NCBI RefSeq assembly: GCF_006345805.1 | Contig: NW_021825039.1 | Coordinates: 1 to 16,986, forward strand | DNA length: 16,986 nucleotides | Source of the DNA: Octopus sinensis | Taxonomy: Eukaryota | Direction of reading: 5' to 3' | Shown here: positions 1-8,996 of the stretch, piece by piece | Numbering within the stretch: the first letter of the stretch is position 1 | Layout: each line of letters starts with the position of its first letter | Translations under genes and position numbers: made by a program | The notes under the pieces: model-generated | The model's input: only the letters and a program-made list of their open reading frames with translations | Told to the model about the DNA's origin: nothing | The model's database searches: none

Positions 1-98
1 CGCATGATACAGCCTTAAGACATTTATTGGATGGCCGTTGACTCTCAAGAGTTCCTCCGCCCTTTGACGAGTTTTGTTTTCATCCCGCAGGGTGTCTA
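1..98 (-). mobile_element. Fragment of a dispersed repeat, probably a LINE 5' UTR (HERO-like by recollection); same family as 14389-14460
   Basis: The reverse complement of 25-96 aligns without gaps to 14389-14460 at 59/72 identity (hand count). The family label is from memory only. Confidence 0.5.
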
Positions 99-687
99 AT
101 ATTAACACGAGGTCAAAAATACGAGTAGTTCGGCCAATTTTTTCACCCTCATTTTGATTTTAATTCTAAATTAATATGTTCTCAAACCGGCATTAACTGC
201 TGCAGTGAATTATTTATGCAGTATTTATTTCCGGAAATTTGGCGCGCTAGAACGAGGGCATTTGAATATAACTGCGAATATAATAGGCCGAACTACTCGT
301 ATTTTTGACCTCGTGTTAATATCTGGCGTGCAGTTCGACAAATTATATTTTATGACGAACCTCACTGATGATCTGTGGATTAATTGTGTAAGTAAAATTG
401 CATAATTTATTAACAGTGAAACAATTGTTTGGGGTTAATCTATATTTTTGTTATTTTTCATTTGTCCTGCTCGCTTACGTTCATAGTGTGCTAAATTTTT
501 CTTGAGAACAATTCTTAGTGGTTGATCCCTTGCGGATCTATCTTTAGCGTAAGAGCGTCCACATAGTGGATTCTCTCTCACATTTGTGTAATAATATTTT
601 CTGAATCTCAGTTTTTTATGCGCTAAAGCACTGGTGTTAAATTGATGTTATTAAATTAATATCCAATTTTTTCACCCTCATTTCGAT
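99..687 (+). mobile_element. Hammerhead-containing non-autonomous element (retrozyme-like or Penelope pseudo-LTR-like)
   Basis: A 21-bp direct repeat CCAATTTTTTCACCCTCATTT lies at 134-154 and 663-683 (period 529). A perfect 37-bp inverted repeat lies at 99-135 / 286-322. There is an internal hammerhead, and the element ends at a (TA)n tract. Confidence 0.65.
358..436 (+). ncRNA. Type I hammerhead ribozyme (predicted)
   Basis: Stem I AACCTCA(358-364)/TGGGGTT(430-436); core CTGATGA 365-371; stem II CTGT/ACAG plus AATTGTG/CATAATT; GAAA 418-421; stem III C-AATT-G; GUU triplet with cleavage after 429. Confidence 0.8.
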
Positions 688-882
688 ATATATATATATA
701 CATATACATATATATGCATATGTCTATTTACTTATATATGTAACCATGTATGTATATACATTTAAACATATATACATATACACACAGATGCATACATATA
801 CATTCAAATGTGTGTGTATGTGTGTTTATGCATATATATATATATATGTGTTTGTGTGTATATATATATATATATATATATA
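685..882. repeat. (TA)n/(CATA)n/(TG)n compound microsatellite
   Basis: Read directly from the sequence. Confidence 0.9.
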
Positions 883-989
883 GGACAAGATGGCTGTAAG
901 ATTTCCTACCCCAAATCTCTCCAGTTCACGGTAGCACATAAACAAATATGTATGACGCCTAGAGAAACTCGAGTCTAACGCATACATTA

Positions 990-1600
990 ACATGAACAAC
1001 CATACATACACACACCGATACCGAGAGCCACATACATACACACACACACACACACACATACATACATACATACATACATACATACATACATACATACACA
1101 CATACATACACACACACATACATACATACATTACAACATAACTACATACATACATACATACAAACATACATACAAACATATATACATACATAAAAACATA
1201 CAAACATACATACATACAAACATACATACATACATACATACATACATACAAACATACAAACATGCATACATACATACGTACATACATTACATACATACAA
1301 ACATACAAACATACATACATACATACAACATACAAACATACGTACATACATACATACATACATTACATACATACATACAAACATACATACATACATACAA
1401 ACATACAAGCATACATACATACATACAAACATACATACATACAAACATACAAACAAACATACATTACATATATACACACATACAAATATACACACATACA
1501 TACAAACAAACATACATTACAAATATACATACATACATACATACATACATACATACATACACATACATACATACATACATACATACATACATACATACAT
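990..1600. repeat. (CATA)n/(CAAA)n/(CA)n long microsatellite
   Basis: Read directly; it explains the MYVC- and HTYI-type ORFs. Confidence 0.95.
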
Positions 1601-1789
1601 GCGTCAATAAACACACAGCGAGATAGAGGTTCATGAGTACTTACATATATAAACATTCATAAAAGCTCACAAGGCCGATTTAAGTTTATACGGAAACAAA
1701 TATACATTCAAAGTTATGTCTGTTTACACATTTACACACACATTTATTTGAGTGTTTGTACTATTTAGATATGTTATTAAACATACCGG

Positions 1790-1808
1790 TATATGTATAT
1801 TATATATA

Positions 1809-1860
<52 letters not shown>

Positions 1861-2025
1861 ATATATATATATATATGTATGTGTATATATATGTATAATA
1901 TATATATATATGTATATATATATATGTATATATATATATGTAAATATATATATATATAATATACATATACAGGCATATTTTATAAACACGTGTATGTATG
2001 TATGTATGTATGTATGTATGTATGT
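1790..2025. repeat. (TA)n followed by (TATG)n microsatellite
   Basis: Read directly from the sequence. Confidence 0.95.
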
Positions 2026-2150
2026 TCAAGCCGAAAGTTTAAGAGGAAAACAGAAAACATGGTTATTAAATTTAATCTCTACCCCCACAATTAAATTACC
2101 CATGTCTTACCGAAGAATAACGATATACGCAAACACGAAACAATTTCTTC

Positions 2151-2192
<42 letters not shown>

Positions 2193-2463
2193 ACACACAA
2201 ACATATTTCCATAAATACACACATGCACATATACACAGTTATTTACGTACTCTTGCAGCACATACGCTCGTGTGTGTGTGCATGCGTGTGTGTGTGTGTG
2301 TGTTTTGCTGGTGAAGTCGTTGTATTTCGTTATGCAATTATCATATACCATTCAGTATATAAATTACTATGTTCTACCTTTTTATGCTAGCAGTACGATT
2401 TAGTCACTTTTTAAAGTTATATCCACACGCACGCGCACGCACGCACACACACACACACGTATA

Positions 2464-2640
2464 GGCGCAAGAGTGGCTGCGTGCTAAGAAGCTTGCTTCC
2501 CAACCACATGGTTCCAGGTTCAGTCCCACTGCGTGGTACCTTGGGTAAGTCTCTTCTACTATAGCCTTGGGCCGACCAAAGCCTTGTGTGTGGATTTGGT
2601 AGAGGGAAACTGAAAGAAGCCCGTCGTATATGTATGTATG
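2464..2640 (+). mobile_element. tRNA-SINE (octopus OK-like), 5' half
   Basis: A-box-like GTGGCTGCGTG, B-box GGTTCAGTCCC, KpnI site GGTACC at 2535-2540; matches the head of the full copy at 15377. Confidence 0.9.
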
Positions 2641-2646
2641 TATATA

Positions 2647-2847
2647 CTCTTTTACTTGTTTCAGTCATTTGACTGTGACCATGCTGGAGCACCGCCTTTA
2701 GTTGAGCAAATCGACCATAGGACTTATCCTTTGTAAGCCTAGTACTTATTCTATCGGGTCTCTTTTGCCGAACCACTAAGTTACGGGGACGTAAACACAC
2801 CAGCATCGGTTGTCAAGCGATGTTGGGGGGAGAAACAGACACACACA
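2647..2847 (-). mobile_element. OK-like SINE, 3' half in inverted orientation
   Basis: Reverse complement of the 3' half seen at about 15590-15790. Confidence 0.9.
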
Positions 2848-2945
2848 GCACTGAAAGTTACAAAATCTTGTATACGAATACACCTACGTAAAAATGCGGT
2901 CGAAGGTAGAAAAACAGGTAATCGGTGTATATGCATATTTCAGGC
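2846..2945 (-). repeat. Old dispersed repeat fragment; homologous to about 3790-3885 (+)
   Basis: Shared motifs include TATACACC, CGCATT, GTATTCGTAT and GTAACTTTCAGTG. The 17-mer TGTATTTCGTTATGCAA at 2321-2337 and 3749-3765 suggests a third fragment. Confidence 0.6.
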
Positions 2946-3005
2946 ATTATTATTAAATGTTTATTCAGAAGCATTTTGTGATTTCGGGCCGCGAAAATAC
3001 CTTAA

Positions 3006-3311
3006 CCCCTTACCCAACAATTATTTTGAAAATAAATGTATTTTTTCAGACATTTTTTAATTGTTTTATTTTACTATGTTTTGAATGGTGATTTCGAGGT
3101 ATATTTCAAACCTTATTTATTATGAATTTTAATTCAATAATATTGATTTTAAATTACCGCTTTGGGCAGAAACGAGTTAACCCGTTTTTAGACGAAGGAA
3201 CTCGTTTACTGTCGATTTTGGCGAGTCTATCTTTTGACGAGTTAACTCGCCAGAGATAGAAAAAAACGATTTCGGTCAAAACGCATATATTCGTTTCTGC
3301 CGGGTAAGGGG
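3006..3311. mobile_element. piggyBac-type MITE (306 bp)
   Basis: TTAA at 3002-3005 and 3312-3315 flanks TIRs CCCCTTACCC (3006-3015) and GGGTAAGGGG (3302-3311); internal palindrome CGAGTTAACTCG. Confidence 0.85.
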
Positions 3312-3481
3312 TTAAGCTAAGCCTGAAAGCAATGAAGTCATAAAAGAATCATCCATAACTTGCAGTAAGCAACATTTATTAAACGTTATTACTGTTATTT
3401 CTTTATTTTCTGCAAACAAAATGCACAAAAAAGCTACACGTTTGCATTATGTTATATATACAATAATAATAAAGGATGTTA

Positions 3482-3644
3482 CCGTATACATTTTTACAAA
3501 CCAAGGACGTTATATAGACCTCCTTGACTCAAGTTAGAGAAGGGGCGCGTATTATACACAAGGTTTAGGTTTTTCAGAGGTACAGCCCCCTAAAAATCCC
3601 CTGCGTATTATACTCAAGGGCGGACTATACTCGAGGATTTACGG
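3482..3644. mobile_element. pogo/Tigger-like (Tc1/mariner) terminus or deleted MITE
   Basis: Right end ...TATACTCGAGGATTTACGG|TA; subterminal repeats at 3547-3563, 3603-3619 and 3620-3636. The left end matches only TA|CCGTA. Confidence 0.55.
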
Positions 3645-4037
3645 TACATAGTCACCAAATGTAACGGTGTTACATAATTGGATCTACCAAATTTACATGA
3701 ACACATTCCTGGTTGCTGGTGCATACATAGCAACTGCTGGTATAGGCATGTATTTCGTTATGCAACCGCAATATAGTACCAAGTATATTAAATGCTTATA
3801 CACCTATCACCTATTTTCCTATCTTTAATCGCATTGTTTATAAATAGGTATTCGTATCCGAAACATCGTAACTTTCAGTGTTGGCTCTAATTTTTATAGA
3901 TAATCTATGTGCATATGCCATGTGAGCACAGCCTGATGATTGCTTAAGGCACCAGACATGTTGTAACATGCTGTCTGTGTCGTTTACATTGCATGAAACT
4001 ATTAGTAGTTCATAAAAATGCTATACTGTGTTCATTA

Positions 4038-4299
4038 AAAAAAATAATAAATGCGCCCTTTTAAAGCCTAGCCAGGCTCATGGGCCCTGTTTCCCGGTTT
4101 CAATGGTGTATGTGTTCCCCAGCTGGACGGGACGCCAGTCCATCGCAGCGTTACTCATTTTTGCCAGCTGAGTGAACTGGAGCAACGTGAAATGAAGTGT
4201 TTTGCTCAAGAACACAACGCGTCGCCATGTCCAGGAATCGAAACCACAATCTTACGATCATGATGCTGACACCCTAACTACTAAGCCACGCGCCTCCAC
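4038..4299 (-). mobile_element. Full-length tRNA-SINE (third family) with 15-bp TSD
   Basis: Minus-strand head GTGGAGGCGCGTGGCTTAGTAG and B-box GGTTTCGATTCC; TSD ATACTGTGTTCATTA at 4023-4037 and 4300-4314. Confidence 0.9.
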
Positions 4300-4350
4300 A
4301 TACTGTGTTCATTAGACAATATAAATGCATGCATACACACATATATAATA

Positions 4351-5320
4351 ATTTTTTTTTCATATATCATTTTGTGACCTTGGACACATTATCAGTGATG
4401 TTTCATGTGGTCCACAGGGATTTCTGGTATTTCAACATCAGATACCCTCACCCAGATGATCCGGCGGCTTCGATCAAGTTCCAGTTTGTGTTCGTTTGCA
4501 CTATCTCTTGTAGCACTACCCCTTTCGAGGCTCACACTTCCTAATCCGCAACCCCTTCACAGCAACCTACGCAATGTCTACCGCCAGCCTGAAGGCCTTC
4601 CACCTACGAACCTCTACACTACCGTCAAAATTAATTAGCACCCTTGATTTTCTCTTCACTCAAGGTATGTGCTGTCACCTAGTGGCCATATCTCGACTAT
4701 TGCTTTGTTGCGAGTTCACTGTTGCGCAGAACGATGACGTAACTTTGTTTGCAGAGCAGTTTGAGAGTCTACAGCCTTATGATGTTGACATAGCAGTGCA
4801 ACAACAACTTGGAGTGCGGATGCAGACAAATTTCCTTTGTTTAATAGATATAGGTAGCGCCTCGCAAGGACCGAAATCACACCATACTAAGTTTTCTCAT
4901 CGCGTAAGACGTTTTGAACAGCTCATAGGTTAATTGATTTAACCTATTTAATGTAGAAATTTGAGAAGTGCTAATTAATTTCTGACGCAAGTGTATGATG
5001 CCAAGCATGTAAGCTCCAAAGAGAGACTGACCTGTAAGTCTTCTGAATCCCACCTGGATGGGAAAATAATTTGCTTTGGTTTAGCTCCAGCAACTCAGCT
5101 TAATTCCTTCTCTTACTCTCATTTGAATCTGGAGAGTTCTACGTGCTTGGATGCTTCTGACATACCCTGCCTTAATGATGTTGAGGTGATAGTTTCTGAG
5201 AACTTCAAGTGCTTCCCCAGGTCGATTTTCAACTCCTTGTATATTGTAACCGCAAGAAGGTCCCTTGAGGCGGACATAGGTCTACCAAAAGCTCTGACAA
5301 AGGTGATTTAAACTTCGCTG
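4351..5320 (-). pseudogene. Degenerate 3' end of a HERO/R2-superfamily non-LTR retrotransposon (restriction-like endonuclease region plus 3' UTR)
   Basis: Minus frames give ITFVRA..., KIDLGKHLKFSETITSTSLRQ, YFPIQVGFRRLTGQSLF..LGI and WKAFRLAVDIA*VAVKGLRIRKCEP. These resemble the HERO-type consensus as I recall it (VDLGKQLKFP..TSLRPD; PIEVGCRGF.GQSL; KAIR...AEKASRWLWIKRGEP). Stops and frameshifts are present. Confidence 0.75.
4617..4993. mobile_element. Tc1/mariner-type MITE (377 bp) nested in the HERO relic
   Basis: TA at 4615-4616 and 4994-4995. The left TIR CACTACCGTCAAAATTAATTAGCAC compares with the reverse-complemented right TIR CACTTGCGTCAGAAATTAATTAGCAC. Confidence 0.85.
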
Positions 5321-5486
5321 AGCGGAAAATATGCATTATTAACAACGATCATTTTAATGAGAAAAGGACTCGACACAAATGCAACGTTTGATATTTATCA
5401 TAATTTTATTGACACTGACTTCGAAGTTTTGTTGTGTGTGTGTAGCTTATTCAAGCAGTTTAAGTAAGTCACTTACTGATGTTTCT

Positions 5487-5716
5487 TATTTCTTTATTGC
5501 CCACAAGGGGCTACACACAGAGGAGACAAACAAGGACAGACAAACGGGTTTAGTCGATTATATCGACCCCAGTGCGTAACTGGTACTTATTTAATCGACC
5601 CCGAAAGGACGAAAGGCAAAGTCGACCTCGGCGGAATTTGAACTCAGAACGTAGCGGCAGACGAAATACTGCTAAGCATTTCGCCCGGCGTGCTAAGTTT
5701 CTGCCAGCTCGCCGCC
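5487..5716 (-). mobile_element. Full-length tRNA-SINE (octopus OR-like) with 15-bp TSD
   Basis: Head GGCGGCGAGCTGGCAGAA, B-box AGTTCAAATTCC, central GTCGACTTTGCCTTTC..CCTTTCGGGGTCGAT; TSD CTTACTGAYGTTTCT at 5472-5486 and 5716-5730 with one mismatch. Confidence 0.9.
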
Positions 5717-6119
5717 TTACTGACGTTTCTAGCGGAAATGTATATAAAACATTATACACGCCTCACCTTCATTGGCACATGATAGAATGATAGAATGAGT
5801 TGTATGGTAGCGTTCTTAGGCTTTTATTCGCACGGCGTTGCTTTCGTCTTTTAAATCATTGGAATAAACCGAGACTAACCAAAACTTTCAGAAAATTTGA
5901 TGTGTTCAGCCTTAATAATTAAACATTGATAATTAAATTTAAATGGAAGCAATAATACTACTGATAGGAACAAATATTTCCTGGTTATAACGAGTACATT
6001 TTGGCGTGCAATAGCTTAACAAAGGGCTCAGTAAAATAGAAGGAATTTAAATTCCATCGTTCTGGGAACTGTTAACGAGAAACTTCAAGTAACAGCTTGA
6101 GTTAAAGAGTTAGACACAC

Positions 6120-6155
6120 ACATGTATATATATATATATAATATATATATAGATA

Positions 6156-6200
<45 letters not shown>
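6120..6200. repeat. (TA)n
   Basis: Read directly from the sequence. Confidence 0.95.
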
Positions 6201-6202
<2 letters not shown>

Positions 6203-6231
6203 AAAAAATAACCAACAAAAATGGATCCGGT

Positions 6232-6322
6232 AATTTAGTACAATTGTTTCATACTATAGCAATTTATTAAAGCTGCAAATATTACAGCAAATATAATATG
6301 TCAAGTAATCTTCAGCTAATTT
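6232..6322 (-). ncRNA. Type I hammerhead ribozyme (predicted)
   Basis: Minus strand: AAATTAG / CTGAAGA / T-TACT...GCTGTAA-TAT-TTGCAGC...AGTA-T / GAAA-C-AATT-G-T-A / CTAAATT. GUA triplet with cleavage between 6239 and 6238. Stem I is 4 bp, a mismatch, then 2 bp. Confidence 0.75.
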
Positions 6323-6340
6323 CATATAGGTTTTCCAATA

Positions 6341-6374
<34 letters not shown>

Positions 6375-6942
6375 GCACTTCGAATTATGTTCAAGAGTAA
6401 AATCTTTATATAACATACTTGACGTATGGGTATCGTTGAAAAGGTGCTTAGCTTTCGTCCGGTGAAAAATCCCTTTACAGAAGTATTGGGTTAACAAAAT
6501 AGAAGACGATATATACATTCGAGCTAGACGAAACGAAATCGCCCTAGAAGTGACCGTGAGGGCGACAGATGTGCATTTCGCCGTATATGCAGATGGGTAA
6601 TGTCACGTATTCATATCACTTCCGAAACAAAATCGAATCATCTAGTCTGAAATATACAGAGACAGCGTATAAAATAATTCCTTGATTTACAATGACACTG
6701 CTTGGGCTGAATAAAATTCGAATTATGCAATAGATGTAACTGTAGACTAAAATCTTTATCCATATGGCATATTTAGCCTATGTATATCGTTGTTTTAGTA
6801 TTTGTTTCTGTGACAATTTTTAATAAAAGCAATTTAACATTAAAATGAAGAATTACTCAATATATTTTTGTAAAATGCTTGTTTACTAAAGTTTTACAAA
6901 ATAAAAGTGGGTGAAAATCACTTCGAAATTTTGGCCCGTCAT

Positions 6943-6980
6943 ACTGTCCGATGAAGGCTAAGAGGCCGAAACTTCGCAGT
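6943..6980 (+). ncRNA. Degenerate minimal hammerhead (probably inactive)
   Basis: ACTGT / CCGATGA-A / GGC-TAAGAG-GCC / GAAACTTC / GCAGT. It carries a U4C change and a non-palindromic stem III. Confidence 0.5.
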
Positions 6981-7009
6981 CAAAAGCACCTCTCATGTTG
7001 TAAAAATTT

Positions 7010-7435
7010 GATATGCGTGTGTGCTTATATACATACATGCACGTTTAGAGATTTAGACATATGCACATACATACACGCAGTCATATACACACGCATACAC
7101 ACACATATACGCCCATGCGCTTACATACAGATACGCTTACACACACATACACATGCATACATACACATACAATACATATTGACATATATATACATCCACA
7201 CGTGCAGTCCTATACACACACAAGCACTCGTATGCACACACAGACACACACCCGTGCGCACTTCTTTAAAGGCGAAATATACACACATACACATGCTTAC
7301 ATACATAAACATACACATATTTGCACATCCACACAAAAAAAAAACGCACGTACAAACACTCATATTTGCAACAACACGCACATATAAACACATATACATA
7401 TACATATTCACGCACGTACATATACACACACTTTA
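7010..7435. repeat. Degenerate (CA/TA)n microsatellite
   Basis: Read directly from the sequence. Confidence 0.85.
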
Positions 7436-7694
7436 GAAAAAAACATCATGCCTTACTATTTGTTATTGTTTACGGGTTTGTCTCAGACATATACGTGACA
7501 CGTGACACACACGTGACATACGGGACGCAAGTCACAACACCAGCACGAAAGAACAACAGCTGTAAAAACAAGAATCGCATTGGAAATACGAGAAACAGCA
7601 ACAACAATAACCACGAAGCCGTATATATATATATATTTAGATGGAAATATACCGTTGAATTCCTCTTGTTTTACTGTTAGTTATAGTACTGTAT

Positions 7695-7978
7695 CGTGGA
7701 GGCGCAATGGGCAGCGGACTCGCGGTCGGAGGGTCGCGGTTTCGATTCCCAGACCAGAGCGGAAACACCTTAAAGCTCCACGAGGATCCGACAGGGGGTG
7801 GTGGCAAACCCCTGTTGTACTCTTTCGTCCCAACTTTCTCTCACTCTCTCTTCCTGTTTCTTGAGTAACACTGGCGTCCCGTCCAGCTGGGGGGGGAACA
7901 CATACACCACAGAAACCGGGAAACCGGGCCCATGAGCTTGGCTAGGCTTGAAAAGGGGCGCATAAATAAAAAAAATAA
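7695..7978 (+). mobile_element. tRNA-SINE with 13-bp TSD; same 3' module as 4038-4299 but a different middle
   Basis: TSD TATAGTACTGTAT at 7682-7694 and 7979-7991; shared CTGGCGTCCCGTCCAGCTGGGG...GGGCCCATGAGC tail; A-rich end. Confidence 0.85.
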
Positions 7979-7997
7979 TATAGTACTGTATACGTTT

Positions 7998-8752
7998 CAG
8001 GCGTGGCTGTGTGGTAAGAAGCTTGCTTCCCAACCACATGGCACCGGGTTCAGTCCCACTGCGTGGTACCTTGGGCAACTGTCTTCTACTATAGCCTCTG
8101 GTTCACCAAAACCTTGTCAGGTAGACGGAAACTGAAAGAAACTCGTCGTATATATATATATATATAATTATTATTATGTCTGGGGAAAGTCATTCCCTTT
8201 TAGTGCCTTATTAACACACTCACCGGTTCGATTTCCACTCATTTAGTTATTTATTTTTTCGAAAATTTTCGTTCCGTCTTGCAACCTTTTCAATTATCAT
8301 TGCAACTTTCAAGAGTTAATAACTAGTGAAAAGGTTGCAAGACGGAACGAAAATTTTAGAAAAAATAAATAACTAAATGAGTGGAAATCGAACCGGTGAG
8401 TGTGTTAATAAGGCACTAAAAGAGAATGACTCTCCTCAGACACAGTAAAATATGCTTCAACACACGAATTCACATAAAGAATCTTGTAAACCAAATGCAA
8501 AACGAAATGTGTGTGTGTGTGTGTGTTTACCTTTGTTGTCTGTGTTTGTTCACCACTACCACATAACAATCGGTGTTGGTGTGTTTATGTCCCCGTAATT
8601 TAGTGGCTCGGCAAAAAAAGAACGATAGCACAAGCATCAGGCTTAAAAAAAACAATAAGTTTTGGGGTCGATTCATTGGACCAAAACTTCTTCAAGGCGG
8701 TGCCCCAGCATGGGTGCAATCTAATGACTAAAACAAATAAAAGATAAAAGAT
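7998..8752 (+). mobile_element. OK-like SINE split at its internal microsatellite by a fold-back insert
   Basis: Head at 7998-8150 (GGTACC at 8065-8070), 3' half at about 8508-8752, foreign sequence at 8177 to about 8505. Confidence 0.85.
8177..8442. repeat. Long inverted repeat (116-bp arms, 34-bp spacer)
   Basis: 8177-8292 vs the reverse complement of 8327-8442 shows 4 mismatches in 116 bp. Confidence 0.95.
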
Positions 8753-8754
8753 AT

Positions 8755-8996
<242 letters not shown>

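Noticed and set aside
886-905. CAAGATGGCT|GTAAGA, a possible start codon followed by a splice donor
   Set aside because: It is a short motif between microsatellites with no promoter or downstream exon support.
826-2351. Long ORFs (MYVC..., HTYI..., YIYI...)
   Set aside because: They are translations of (CATA)n and (TA)n microsatellites, which lack stops in several frames. The same applies to 6951-7436, 8721-8945 and 11462-13611.
2464-2540. tRNA-like A/B boxes in SINE heads
   Set aside because: They lack a full cloverleaf and continue into the SINE body, so they are not tRNA genes.
2417-2806. Recurring ORF motif 'LPNPLTRLWSARGYSRRHLPKVPRSGTEPGTMW' (also at 7770, 10962, 11462, 15276)
   Set aside because: It is the antisense translation of the SINE head, not a protein family.
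4381-4460. CTGATG...GAAA in the HERO-like 3' UTR (minus strand)
   Set aside because: CTGATGTT lacks A9, and there is no proper stem II or NUH triplet; it is only a hairpin-like UTR motif.
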